A DNA stretch of 63,917 nucleotides, filler included, from Psammoneis japonica (GCA_008632985.1; 3 parts of 3 records of this genome joined end to end with filler, not necessarily neighbours in it), one strand, 5' to 3'. Counted from the whole stretch's first letter, positions 26,946-40,219 are shown. A program made the numbers and translations. Notes: a model not told the origin generated them from the sequence alone.

Positions 26946-27045
26946 NNNNNNNNNNNNNNNNNNNNNNNNNNNNNNNNNNNNNNNNNNNNTTAATTAATTA
27001 ANNNNNNNNNNNNNNNNNNNNNNNNNNNNNNNNNNNNNNNNNNNN
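26946..27045. other. Artificial scaffold linker N-TTAATTAATTAA-N
   Basis: A 12-mer with stops in all six frames embedded in Ns; the same 100-nt construct occurs at 54434-54533. Confidence 0.95.
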
Positions 27046-30000
27046 CCTCAAGGCCTTCTTGAGCCACAGCTTGCTTGCCAACAACAGCTTTCACAGTGCT
27101 GGACGCAAACTCTGCTGCGATGGTCAATTTGTCACCAGCTGGCCCCAGGAAGAACACAGTTGCTGCTGCAAGTTGCAGCTGTGATCACGCATGTTGTGCA
27201 CTGAATGACAAAACCCAATGGCGCTGACAAGTTCAGCACCACTCAACCTTCTGTGGTGTGTGTGCACAATGCACTGTGCTCATTTTTGGCAAAAACACCT
27301 TGCACTTTGCAAGGCATCCTGAACTCAACATCAATCTGTTTCTCTGGGACACGTCAAAACATCGCTCAGTGCAAAGGAACCTTTCAAACATCTGCTCTGG
27401 TGCACTGTGCTCAAAGGGCAAGTGCAAAGGAAAGCAGAACAAAGTGCAAAAAGTGGAAAATGTGAGACCAAATTTTGCTCTGTGATTTTTTGTTTCCCGG
27501 AATGAGCCCTCAATGGCCTGAAGCTTCTGCGTTGCTTCCGCAGACTGAAGGCTTTTTGGAGAATGTGGTCATGACAACAGACAGTCCAAATGCCGCTGGC
27601 GTTGATGCATGAAATGGCAAACATTGTCTGTCAATTGCCTCCCCAATTGAACACTGGAGTCATTTGTCAAGTTGAGTCATTCAACAGACATTGACAGCAT
27701 CAATGATGTCTCCACATCAGCTGCGCTGTGCTGCTGGCAATGACTGTTGTTGTTTTGTGTGGGCCACACAGGGCCACTCCAATTTCCAAATGTCTTTTGA
27801 GAGTGACATTGTTTGTTTGTGTCTGGCCTTGCGCATTTTACACTGCAACTGCGCGGGTGTTGCGAGACTGTCTTTTTTTCCAGTGTGAAGTGGGCACGCA
27901 TTGTGCGCCAATCTGTCACAAATTTTTTCAAAGCTTCTTCAGACAAGACAATTTTGTCCTTGTGACATGAGCACTTTTTGATCTTGCTTGCCTCCACGAA
28001 AAGTGTTGGCAAGATGTGTTGCATCTGGCAATTTGGAGGAATTGTCATCGTCTTGTTTTAAAGGCAGGACATTGTTGCAGGACTTCAAAAGGCTCAATTT
28101 TCTTCACAGCAAGTTGGCTGAATGCTTCTGCTGCAACAACGTTCGCCATGCCCTTGTTGTGTGCTGCATCAATTTGCCCACCCATCACTCTGTTTGTTGT
28201 GTGTTGTGAACCATGCACGTGTCAATGTGTTGGCCAAACAGTGCATTCCGGAATTTCCCAAGTGTTTCCACCATGGACAGAGAAGCTCTTTTCCGTTGTG
28301 ACGTGAACGCCAAATTTCAGGCATGATGGTGGTGCAGTTTTTGACATGATGCACTCCATGTTTTTGGAGACTTTTGTTCCGCACTTGACCTTCATTGAGG
28401 TGGATTTGGCTTGAAGTGTGCAGGAGATCATTGAGACTGCATGTCTTGACATCAGTGATGTGTGCTGAGACAAGATGTTGCAGTGTTCTTTGTTTTTTTT
28501 TTTCAGTGCAATGAGTCTCAGAGCAACCCATGCTGAGCAACTTCATTTTTAAAACTCCAATCTTTCACAATTGGAAAAATTTCTTTCAAATGGATGCCGC
28601 CAAAGACTGTGATGGGAGAAGGTTCTCACACATTGTAGAATTGCACGAGAATTTTCACGGTGAGATCCACTGGTTCTTCCCACACTCATTTGTCCAAGGA
28701 ACTTTTCCAAAGGATTTCAAACCTGTTGAGAAGAAGATTGAGTGGGTTGCATTTTTTTGGGTTGGACGCATTGCTGTTGCTGTCACTTGATTGGAGTCAA
28801 CAGTGCAACAATGTGATCCAAGGGCCGCTGGTCCTGTTGTTGACTCCATTCACAGTGTCACAATTTTCAATGTGATTTGCACTCAGCTGGAAAATGTTGG
28901 TGTCAAAGAGTGCACCAACATTCTTCATGGGGCAATTGCTGCACCCCATCCAATTTCTTCATTGCTGGACATCAAATCACGTCCCTTGGCTCATTGGTCA
29001 GTGGGTTGGTTGGTTGGTTGGTTGGTTGGCGGGTCGGCAGGTCGGCGGGTCGGTGGGTTGGCGGGTCGGTGGGTCNNNNNNNNNNNNNNNNNNNNNNNNN
29101 NNNNNNNNNNNNNNNNNNNNNNNNNNNNNNNNNNNNNNNNNNNNNNNNNNNNNNNNNNNNNNNNNNNNNNNNNNNNNNNNNNNNNNNNNNNNNNNNNNNN
29201 NNNNNNNNNNNNNNNNNNNNNNNNNNNNNNNNNNNNNNNNNNNNNNNNNNNNNNNNNNNNNNNNNNNNNNNNNNNNNNNNNNNNNNNNNNNNNNNNNNNN
29301 NNNNNNNNNNNNNNNNNNNNNNNNNNNNNNNNNNNNGCCGGTGGGTCGGCGAATCGGTGGGTCGGCGGGTTGGCCGGTCGGTGGGTCGGCGGGGGTTGGT
29401 GGGTCGGTGCTGAAGTTCCTTTTCATCCCATGCCCTGATTCTTCTTGTCTCTGATGGGCTCCAGTCCCAGGTGGGACATTTTGTGACACTCGGCTTGTGG
29501 AATTCTGTGCAACTTCATTTTCAACACTCCAATCTTTCGCAATTGGAAAAATTTCTTTCAAATGGAGACTGCCAAAGCCTGTGATGGGAGAAGGTTCTCA
29601 TGCATTGTAGAGTTGCGTCAGAATTTTCACAGTGGACGCGCTCCAGCTCTGGGTGGGACCTCGCACCACTGAACTGTGACGTCGACAGTTTTGTGGATTG
29701 CACCGCATGTCGAGCATGTAGAAAGGTGCGCGAATTTTGTGAAATTTTGCATCATTTTGTGGTGCACTTGTTGAGCGATCCGTCCAACAACTTTTGACAT
29801 TTCTTTCTTCTGACCCATTCGCAAATGTCTTGAGAATGGCACAGGGCAGGCGCACTTGCAAAAACGTGAAGTGGCAATGGTCGCAATCATTTGATGTTGA
29901 AGACAAAAACATCCATTGACCAAATTCTTGCAATGCAGAGCTCACACGTAGAATTCTGCGGGCCCAATGTCACAAAAAGTCCCGCCCAGGACTGGAGCCC

Positions 30001-32428
30001 GTCTGTGAGATCCGCTGGTTCTTCCCACACTCGTTTGTCCAAGGAACTTTTCAAAAGGATTTCAAACCTCTTAAGAAGAAGATTGAGTGGGTTGCATTCT
30101 TTTGGTTTGGATGCATTGCTGTGGCCATCACTTGGTTGGAGTCAATGGCACAACAATGTGATCCAAGGGCCGCTGGTCCAGTTGTTGACTCCATTCACAG
30201 CGCCACATTTTCAATGTGATTGGTGCTCAGCTGGAAAATGTTGGTGTCGAAGAGTGCACCAACATTCTTCATGGGGCAATTGCTGCACCCCATCTCATTT
30301 CTTCATTGCTGGACATCAAGTCACATTGGTTGGTTGGTTGGTTGGTTGGTTGGTTGGTTGGTTGGTTGGTTGGNNNNNNNNNNNNNNNNNNNNNNNNNNN
30401 NNNNNNNNNNNNNNNNNNNNNNNNNNNNNNNNNNNNNNNNNNNNNNNNNNNNNNNNNNNNNNNNNNNNNNNNNNNNNNNNNNNNNNNNNNNNNNNNNNNN
30501 NNNNNNNNNNNNNNNNNNNNNNNNNNNNGTTGGCAGGTTGGCGGGTCGGCGGGTCGGTGGGTCGGCAGGTTGGCGGGTCGGTGGGTCAGCACTGAAGTTC
30601 CCTTTCATCCCATGCCCTGATTGTCCTTGTCCCTGATGGGTTCCAGTCCTGGGTGGGATGCTCTTTTGTGACACTCGGCCCACAGAATTCTGCGTGCGAG
30701 CTCTGCAGTGCAAGAATTTCATTGATGGACATTTTCATCTTCAAGTGCATTTGTGCCTGTCCACACTCAAAGTTTTTGGCAATCCGCCTGCCCTGCGCCA
30801 TTCTCAGTGCATTTGCAAATGATGCAGAAGAAAAAAATGTCAAAACCTGTTGAATGGATCACCCAGCAATTGTGCCACAAAGTGGTGCACAATGCCGCCA
30901 AAGTCACGTAGAAATGCACATGCACAACACACAGCACAATCCAAAAAAATGTTGGTGTCACATTTCAGCAGTGCAAGGTCCCGCCCAGAGCTAGAAGAAC
31001 GCATCCCCTGACCCTTTTTTGAGCCTCAGAAGTGCTCAAAGTGGCCAAACCTTCATCGCCAACCAACCGACCAACCAACCAAAAAACCAACCAACCAACC
31101 AACCGACCAACCAACCAACCGACCAGATGACCAGCCAACCAGCCAACCAGCCGACCAGCCAACCAACCGACCAGCCAACCCGCTGACTGAATGACTGGCT
31201 TGCTGGCTGAATGTGAGACATTGCATTTTGTTGCCAGCTGCAACATTCTCTCAAGGCAAGCCCAAATTGACCGTGTGTTCTGCCTCTTTGCTCCGTTCCC
31301 TCAAGGCCTTCTTGAGCCACAGCTTGCTTGCCAACAACAGCTTTCACAGCACTGGATGCAAACTCTGCTGTGACAGTCAATTTGTCACCAGCTGGCCCTG
31401 GGAAGAACACAGTTGCTGCCGCAAGTTGTGGCTGTGACCACGCATGTTGTGCACTGAATGACAAAACCCAATGGCACCAACAAGTTCAGCACCATTTCAC
31501 CTTCTGTGGTGTGTGCGCACAATGCACTGTGCTCATTTTTGGCAAAAACACCTTGCACTTTGCAAGGCATCCTGAACTCAACATCAATCTGTTTCTCTGG
31601 GACACGTCAAAACATCACTCAGTGCAAAGGAACCTTTCAAACATCTGCTCTGGTGCACTGTGCTCAAAGAACAAGCGCAAAGGAAAGCAGAACAAAGTGC
31701 AAAAAGTTTGGGGGTGTGAGATCAAACATTGGAGTCATTTGTCAAGTTGAGTTGTTCAACGGACATTGACAGCATCAATGTTGTCTCCAAGTTGACTGCA
31801 TTGTGCCACTGGCAATGACTGTTGTTGTTTTGTGTGGGCCAAACAGGGCCGCTCCAATTTCCAAATGTCTTTTGAGAGCAACATTGTTTGTCTGTGTCTT
31901 GCCTTGCACATTTTTACACTGCAGCTGCATGGGTGTTGCAAGACTGTCTTTTTTTCCAGTGTGAAGTGGGCACGCATTGTGCGCCAATCTGTCACCAATT
32001 TTTTCAAAGCATCTTCAGACAAGACAATTTTGTCCTTGTGACATGAGCACTTTTTGATCTTGCTCGCCTCCACGAAAAGTGTTGGCAAGATGTGTTGCAT
32101 CTGACAATTTGGGGGAAATGTCATTGTCTTGTTTTAAAGGCAGAACATTGTTGCAGGATTTCAAAAGGCTCAATTTTCTTCACAGCAAGTTGGCTGAATG
32201 CTTCTGCGACAATGTTCACCATGCCCTTGTTGTGTGCTGCATCAATTTGCCCACCCATGACTCTGTTTGTTGTGTCTTGTGAACCATGCACATGTCAGTG
32301 TGTTGGCCAAACAGTGCATTCCAGAATTTCCCAAGTGTTTCCACCATGGACAGAAGCTCTTTTTCCGTTGTGACGTGAACGTCAAATTTCAGGCATGATG
32401 GTGGTGCAGTTTTTGACGTGGTGCACTC

Positions 32429-33600
32429 CTCAGTTTGGTTTCACCCATTTGGGGATTCCCCAAAATGGCCAGGGTGAGGGAGAGTCACCTTGCCCTTTTG
32501 ATGGAATCCCAGGAAATGAGGGTAATTTTTCAGGAAGGAAAGCCTGAAAGGGCTCAGGGGAGGGGAACAAAAAGCGAATGGAGTGCGGAAATCTGTGATG
32601 ATTGCAGTTGGGCGGGTGTGCTTTTATCCCCATGACTGTCGTGTGTGGCACGCACTGTGCAATGCATGGACACACAGACACAAATTGCCCCCTTGTGGCA
32701 GAGCAAGGAAAGAAGAAACATTGCCTTTAAATCAGCCATGTTAATGTTGCTTGTGTGGCGCTCTGTTTTTGCCTTGTCCTTTGCTCTGGCGCCATTGTGG
32801 TTTGCATTTGTGTCCACGCCACACAAGAAGGAACACGTGGCACACTGTGCTCTGCACACAAGACAGGTCAAAGGAAAGAACAAGCATGACCACTCAATCT
32901 GCCATTTTTTTAGCAGCCTTGTGAGGTTCTGATTTTTCCTTGGCCTTCATTCCAGACGCCTCATGGTTTGCATTTGCAGCTGCACGACATCAAAGCAATT
33001 CCAAATGACTTGCTTCGTTCTGCACATGAGATGTGTTGATTGGAAAAATGAGCAAGACCATCCAATCCGTCACATTTTTGTTGGCCATGCACAGTTCTGC
33101 TTTTGCCTTGGACTTTGCCATGGATGCCGCATGGCTTGCATTTGTGTCCGCACGACAAAAGAAAAAGTGCAACGATCTGCCAACACACCAGTTTTCTGAA
33201 CGCAGTCCATCAAGCTTCTGCTCATTTTATGTTTTGTGCTGTCGACCACAATGTTGTTCACCAGATTGACTGGTGTCATCATTGTTTGACAAAAGCCATC
33301 ACAAATGGGGTGCGAATGCTCCATGGCGTGTTGCCCATTTTTGCTGCGTTGTTCGATTGTTGATTTGCGCATCTGATGTGTGGTTCCGTGCATGCTGGCA
33401 CGCAGAACACACAGAAATGCATGAGAGGGGCAGCACGGGGAATTGCCAATGTGTCATTTTTTATTCGTGTGTCAAGCACACATGTGACGAAGGGCAGTTT
33501 GTGGCAACTCCCTGGGAGTTCACCCTTTCCACAGAAAAACAGGGTGGGGGGTGGCAATCCAGGGGAATTTTGTTCAAAAACACGGCAAAACCAAACTGAG
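32429..33600. mobile_element. Non-autonomous TIR DNA transposon (1172 bp) with degenerate 8-bp TSD
   Basis: Left TIR CTCAGTTTGGTTTCACC, right TIR GGCAAAACCAAACTGAG; flanks GTGCACTC (32421-32428) and ATGTGCTC (33601-33608); the empty site ATGCACTC is present near 28349 and 33813. Confidence 0.82.
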
Positions 33601-34715
33601 ATGTGCTCCATGTTCTTGGAGACTTTTGTTCTGCACTTGACCTTCATTGAGGTGGATTTGGCTTGAAGTGTGCAGGAGATCACATGTCAATGTGTTGGCC
33701 AAACAGCGCACTCCTGAATTTCCCAAGTGTTTCCACCATGGACAGAAGCTCTTTTTCCGTTGTGACGTGAATGCCAAATTTCAGGCATGATGGTGGTGCA
33801 GTTTTTGACATGATGCACTCCATGTTTTTGGAACTTTTGCTCCGCACTTGACCTTCATTGAGGTGGATTTGGCTTGAAGTGTGCAGGAGATCATTGAGAC
33901 TGCATGTCTTGACATCAGTGACGTGTGTTGAGACAAGATGTTGCAATGTTCTTTTTTTTTTCAGTGTTGTGATCACCTGAGTTGCCTCCATTTTCTTTGC
34001 AGCTGGGTGCACACCATCATGCGTGGAAGTCTTGATGGTTTGTTTCAAGTTGAGCGGTAAAGGACTTTTGGTTGTCAACCTTCAAAGCAGCTGTTCTGGT
34101 TGTGTGAACGTCTTTTCAATTTTTTTTGCAAAGGTGACAAAATGCTGAATGTTGAGCAAAGGGCTCACCATGTGTGCAAACCTTTTGCTGAGCTTCTGAG
34201 AGTTGGACAAGGTCAAACTTGACCCTTTTTCCTTTGACAATGAGTCTCAGAGCAACCCATGCTGAGCAACTTCATTTTTAAAACTTCAATCTTTCACAAT
34301 TGGAAAAATTTCTTTCAAATGGATGCCGCCAAAGACTGTGATGGGAGAAGGTTCTCACACATTGTAGAATTGCACGAGAATTTTCATGGTGAGATCCGCT
34401 GGTTCTTCCCACACTCATTTGTCCAAGGAACTTTTCCAAAGGATTTCAAACCTGTCAAGAAGAAGATTGAGTGGGTTGCATTTTTTTGGGTTGGATGCAT
34501 TGCTGTGGCTGTCACTTGACTGGAGTCAACAGTGCAACAATGTCATCCAAGGGCCGCTGGTCCTGTTGTTGACTCCATTCACAGCGTCACAATTTTCAAT
34601 GTGATTGGCACTCAGCTGGAAAATGTTGGTGTCGAAGAGTGCACCAACATTCTTCATGGGGCAATTGCTGCGCCCCACCCAGTTTCTTCATTGCTGGACA
34701 TCAAGTCACGTCTCT

Positions 34716-35275
34716 TGGTTGGTTGGTTGGTTGGTTGGTTGGTTGGTTGGTTGGTTGGTTGGTTGGTTGGTTGGTTGGTTGGTTGGTTGGTTGGTTGGTT
34801 GGTTGGCTGGTTGGTTGGTTGGTTGCTTGGTTGCTTGGTCAGTGGGTCGGTGGGTCGGCGGGGTGGTGGGTTGGCAGGTCGGCGGGTCGGTGGGTTGGCA
34901 GGTCAGCAGGTTGGTGGGTCAGCAGGTCAGTGGGTCGGTGGGTCGGTGGGTCGGCGGGGCGCTCCATCCAATTTCTTCATTGCTGGACATCAAATCACGT
35001 CCCTTGGTTGGTTGGTCTGTGGGTTGGTTGGTCAGTGAGTTGGCGGGACATTGGGTTGGTGGGTCGGTGGGTCGGCGGGTCGGCNNNNNNNNNNNNNNNN
35101 NNNNNNNNNNNNNNNNNNNNNNNNNNNNNNNNNNNNNNNNNNNNNNNNNNNTGGTCGGTCGGTGGGTCGGTGGGTCGGCGGGTTGGCAGGTCAGCTGGTC
35201 GGCCGGTTGGCGGGTTGGCTGGTCAGTGGGTCGGCGGGTCGTTGGGTCGGCGAGTCGGTGGGTTGGCGGGTCAGC
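34716..35275 (+). repeat. (TTGG)n microsatellite grading into GGTC/GGCG/GGTG variants; also at 29004-29410, 30327-30590 and inverted at 31060-31180
   Basis: Direct reading; three N gaps fall within these tracts. Confidence 0.92.
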
Positions 35276-35644
35276 GCTTGAGTTTCTTTTCATCCCATGC
35301 CCTGACTCTCCTTGTCCCTGATGGGCTCCAGCCCCAGGTGGGACGTTTTGTGACACTCGGCTTGTGGAATTCTGTGCAACTTCATTTTTGACACTTCAAT
35401 CTTTCGCAATTGGAAAAATTTCTTTCAAATGGATGCTGCCAAAGCCTGTGATGGGAGAAGGTTCTGACGCATTGCTTTTCCTTCCTGCATGGCTCAGCTC
35501 CCCTCTTGCTCTGCGTCTGCCCTTCCCTCCATGCCACCAGATGACGTTGCACGCAAAACTCCTCATGCGCGCGTGCCACCAGGCAGTCCCCCCAACCATC
35601 AAAACACACACTCAAAAAGGCTGGGAGTGTTGCAACCTTTTGAA

Positions 35645-37190
35645 GTCAGTCAAAAAGGTTGTCACAACTTTTTCAAACAAGCAAAAAGGTCGCCACAACT
35701 TTTTCAAACGAGTCAAGAAAAGGTTGTCACAACTTTTTCAAACAAGTCAAAAAGGTTGTCACAACTTTTTCAAACGAGTGCAACACACAGCTGCTGACAA
35801 GAGTCAATGTGTCACGGCGACGTGTTGCAGCCTTTAAATGTCACAAAGGGCTTGACAAAACAACCTTTTGTCTGCATGCGTGCTGTGTTGTGAATTCACA
35901 GCGGAGTGGTTCATCTCGCAACCATTGGGCAGGAGGCCAGGGGTTCGAAACCCTGAGTGGGCGTGCTGCGTTGTGAATTCACAGCGGAGTGGTTCATCTC
36001 GCAACCATTGGGCAGGAGGCCAGGGGTTCGAAACCCTGAGTGGGAGTTGTCTGCAGCAACGTTGATCACTGTCGAACGCGCAAAACTCTGTGCAGCTCTG
36101 TGTGTTCCTTCGTGGGTGCCCACACTGTTCCGCCAAAACCGTGCGGTGTCAGTGCACAAAGGTTGTCACAACCTTTTCAAACGAGTCAAAAAGGTTGTCA
36201 CAACGTTTTCAAACAAGTCAAAAAGGTTGTCACAACATTTTCAAACAAGTCAAAAAGGTTGTCACAACTTTTTCAAATGAGTCAAAAAGGTTGTCACAAC
36301 TTTTTCAAATGAGTCAAAAAGGTTGCCACAACCTTTTTCAAACAAGTCAAAAAGGTTGTCACAACTTTTTCAAACAAGTCAAAAAGGTTGCCACAACCTT
36401 TTCAAACAAGTCAAAAAGGTGGTCACAACTTTTGCAAACGAGTCAAAAAGGTTGTCACAACCTTTTCAAATGAGTCAAAAAGGTTGTCACAACTTTTTCA
36501 AATGGGTCAAAAAGGTTGTCACATCTTTTTCAAACGAGTCAAAAAGGTTGCCAAAACTTTTTCAAACAATGCAAAAAGGTTGTGACAACCTTTTCAAATG
36601 AGTCAAAAATGCTGTCAATCTTTCTGAGTTGGTGGAAAAGGTCGCGTGCTTTTCCTTGCCAAATTGAGTGAAAAAGGTTCTCACACACAGCCACATTTTC
36701 AAGTGGGGCAAAAGAAAAAACGACAAATCTGATTTCAAGCATTTCTCCGCCCATCTGCCCTCCAGCTTCTGGTCAAAAAGGTTGTCACAATTTTTTCATG
36801 TGATTGAAAAAGGTTGTCACAACCTTTTCAAACGAGTCAAAAAGGCTGTCACAACTTTTTCAAACAAGTCAAAAAGGTTGTCACAACCTTTTCAAACAAG
36901 CAAAAAAGGTTGTCACAACCTTTTCAAACAAGTCAAAAAGGTTGTCACAACTTTTTCAAACAAGTCAAAAAGGTTGTCACAACTTTTCCAAATGAGTCAA
37001 AAAGGTTGTCACAACTTTTTCAAACGAGTCAAAAAGGTTGTCACAACTTTTTCAAACGAGTCAAAAAGGTTGTCACAACTTTTTCAAACAGGTCAAAAAG
37101 GTTGTCACAACTTTTTCAAACGAATCAAAAAGGTTGTCACAACTTTTTCAAACAATGCAAAAAGGTTGTGACAACCTTTTCAAATGAGTC
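35645..37190 (+). repeat. 32-bp satellite with internal palindrome (GTCAAAAAGGTTGTCACAACYTTTTCAAACRA), in blocks 35645-35780, 36157-36608 and 36772-37190
   Basis: GTCAAAAAGG starts at 36185 and 36217 (period 32); AAAAGGTTGT-C-ACAACCTTTT is a perfect 10-bp inverted repeat. Confidence 0.95.
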
Positions 37191-39693
37191 AACAAGGCTG
37201 TCAATCTTTCTGAGTTGGTGGAAAAGGTCACACGGTTTTCCTTGCCAAATGTGGTTGAAAAAGGTTCTCAAACACAGCCACATTTTCAACTGGGGCAAAA
37301 GAAAAATGACAAATCTGATTTCAAGCATTGCCCCGCACATCTGCCCTCCAGCTTCTGGGCTGGTGTGGGCCAGCCCACACACTTCTGGCCGCCACCAACA
37401 GTTGATGCCATCCTCTGTCCTCCTTGCAGCAGAGCGGGGCTGGCATTTCTCAAATGAGTGCACAAGCACGTCAGAGGCAGCAACACAGTGGCCCCCACTT
37501 TCCTTTGTAAAATTTTTAATGTGCGCTGTCAAAATTGTCAACAAACAGAATTTGACAAATGCCGCCAAAAGTGCTCCACAAAATGAAGCTGTTTTTTTGC
37601 ATTTCATCTGATGTCTCGTCAACTTTGCTTGCGCAATCATCAATCAAATGCGTGCAACATCAAATTCAATTGGGGTCAAAATCCATTTTTTGTGATGCAT
37701 GGTTTTTGGTTTCCTTTCAACTGCAATCAATTTGAGCTTGGTTTTGGCTTTGTCCTCCTTGCTCACATGCATGTGACTTTGCACGTGTGCAGTCTGCAGC
37801 ACTTCATGCACACATGTGACCCACCTTCATTTCTCTTCAAGTTTCCCAGATTTGTGCAGCCCGTTGGTCCACGGCATTTTCAGTGTGTGTTTTGCATGCA
37901 TGATTTTCTGCACACTTCACAACAGTGCACCCTCTTCCCAAAGTTTGAAAAACAAGAGCGTGCGCTGTTGTGACTCACGTGGATCCCATGCATGGTTGCA
38001 AATCTGCAAATCAACAACCGGCCATGGTGGTGAAAGACTTCGCCCAATTGGCCGATGACAGCATCTCAATGCATGGCGAAACATGCCATCCTTCTGGTTG
38101 GTCAAGGTGGGATTTCATTTGGGTGCAGCTTGAATTTTGTGATCGCGAGTGTGCTGTCACGAATGTGCGCCACATCCAGAATGCTGAGCTGCTGGCATGT
38201 TGTGATGTGCGTGCACTTGCTCTTCTGCAGCACTGGTGTGATCGTGTGCAGACAAGCAGGTTTTACAATCCAGCAACACATTTTTGTCATGTGTGCAGAT
38301 GTTGCAACATCGTGCACTCTGATGCAGGCAGTGCTTGTTCCCACAGCTGTTCCAGCAAGTGCATTGTGCGGCACTTGAGATTTTTTTGCTTGCTTGCATG
38401 CTTTTTTTTCTGTGTTTTCTTTGAGTTGCAGGGGTGGAGCTGGGTGCTCAATGTCTTGCACCATGCGCCAACGTCCATGTTGCTCCAGAATCAGTGGCAC
38501 CAGATGCGCCAACACACCGGCAAGTGTGTGTTGTGGCTCATGCCAGTGCACTCACATTGTGCTCTCACAATGTGCTCTGTGCTTTTTGGCAATGCATGAG
38601 ATGGGTCAGAGGAGCAACAGCACTTCTGCTGCAAGCTTGCCTGCTCCAGAATCAGCGGCATTGGATGCACTTGTGTGCCCATGTTGCCATTCCCATGGGT
38701 CATGTTGGCTCATCTGTGCAAATGCTCTCACAATGTGTTTTGCTCTAATTGGCAATGAGTGAGGTGGAACAGAGCAATGGCACTTCAAACACTGAAGCAG
38801 CAGCTCCTGCCACAAACACGCCTGTTCTAGAGTCAGCAGTGCCGGGTGCACCTGTCGACCTGTGCATGCAAGTGCAAGCCTTGGTGGACTGTGGAGGGCA
38901 GTGATGCCATTTAACTCCCACACCAGTGTCGACTGGAGTGCTGTCAGCAGCACCTCCGCTGGGCTTGTGTCTCTGGATGACAAGCCTCAGGCATCATGGT
39001 GTTGTCCCCGTGTGATGGGTTCCAGCCCCAGGCGGGACTTTTTGTGACATTGGGCCCGCAGAATTCTGCGCGCAAGCTCTACAGTGAAATCATCAAGCAA
39101 TGGACACATCAATGATCACCAACAGAAAAAGAGGCAATTTTGCAAACGCATCTCCTCCTGCACACTTGAAGTGCATTCTTCACAGTGTGCCCGGGTGTGT
39201 TTGAACAAATGCTGACACACTGTCACGAATGTGGGCAGTTCATGCACTGTTGGCGATTGGTCCACTGTCGCTTGTTCAGTGGCCCCGGCAGCACAACATC
39301 TCACAATTCTGGAACCTGTTGATGCTGTTCAACACTCTGTCTTGTCTTGCACCCAATTCTCAGCCATCATGGCAGCATTCATTCACTTTGTCAGAGCCAA
39401 CGCGCTGTGATGTTCATCGCCTGGAATGGGCATCGCGAACGGTGTGACGGCATCGTTGCGATCGATCGATTTTGCAGCAAGCGCCATGTTGGTCCCATGG
39501 TTGCTCACGCAATCGCTGAGTCCTTTGCACACATCAACATTCATGGACATGAATGATGTGCTGGGACGTTGGTGGACGCAATGTTTGATCGCTTGGATGA
39601 AATGTGTTGGCTGGGGCATGCAAACATTTGCGACAAAGACAACACAATGATTTGTGTGCTGAGGTCTGTTTTTGACTGTGTGCATTTGATTGA

Positions 39694-40219
39694 CACGGGA
39701 TCCACGGGTGCACCCAGGAATTGCAGGATGAAAGGGGAAAGGGGCAAATGGGAATGGTGGGAAAGTGAGGGGCTGTCATTGTGCCTCAAGGGTCCCTTTA
39801 GTGAGCCGAACACGCATGTTTCTCATCTGACCATCACAGGTCCGTCTTGTGGGGGGTGTCAAAATTTTGCAACGGGATGCGTCTTGAGGATCAATGGCCA
39901 CATAACATGTGTGGCTGTGAAGGTCATACAAAGTTGAAAATTCACTTTTTCATGTGTGTCGTTTTCAGATTTGTGTGACATTGATGGTCTGGAGAAACAC
40001 ACAAAATTGTTTCTCGAGACCGCGTCTGCTGTCACAATTTGACAACCCCCAAAAGGATGGACCTGCGAGGGTCAAATCGGCAACAAGCATGTTTGGCTGA
40101 CTGAAGGGTCCCTCAAGGTAAAACAACAGCATGCCACTTTTCCACCATTCACGCCTGCCCCTTTCCCCTTTCATCCCGCATTTCTCGCAGATTCCCCTGG
40201 TGCATCCACGGATCCCATG
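39694..40219. mobile_element. MITE with about 200-bp imperfect TIRs and TTAA-type TSD (piggyBac-like), copy 1
   Basis: Ends CACGGGATCCACGGGTGCAC... and ...GTGCATCCACGGATCCCATG; flanks TTGA (39690-39693) and TCAA (40220-40223); empty site TCAA at 8114-8117. Confidence 0.82.

Larger units (their letters stand above)
27046..35470. repeat. Mosaic of unclassified dispersed repeats (family C) in 2-3 partial copies
   Basis: 27046-27450 ~ 31300-31710; 27655-28500 ~ 31730-32428 plus 33601-33960; 28510-29010 ~ 34240-34720 ~ 30005-30330; 29410-29600 ~ 35275-35470. Confidence 0.8.

Noticed and set aside
26990..27001. TTAATTAATTAA as a biological motif
   Set aside because: It is flanked by Ns in both occurrences and is a standard six-frame stop linker.
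34716..34830. Telomeric repeat
   Set aside because: The unit is the tetramer TTGG, internal and embedded in dispersed repeats, not TTAGGG-like.
35645..37190. CRISPR array (32-bp palindromic repeat; also the 23-mer)
   Set aside because: Monomers are head-to-tail with no unique spacers, there are no cas genes, and the context is eukaryotic.
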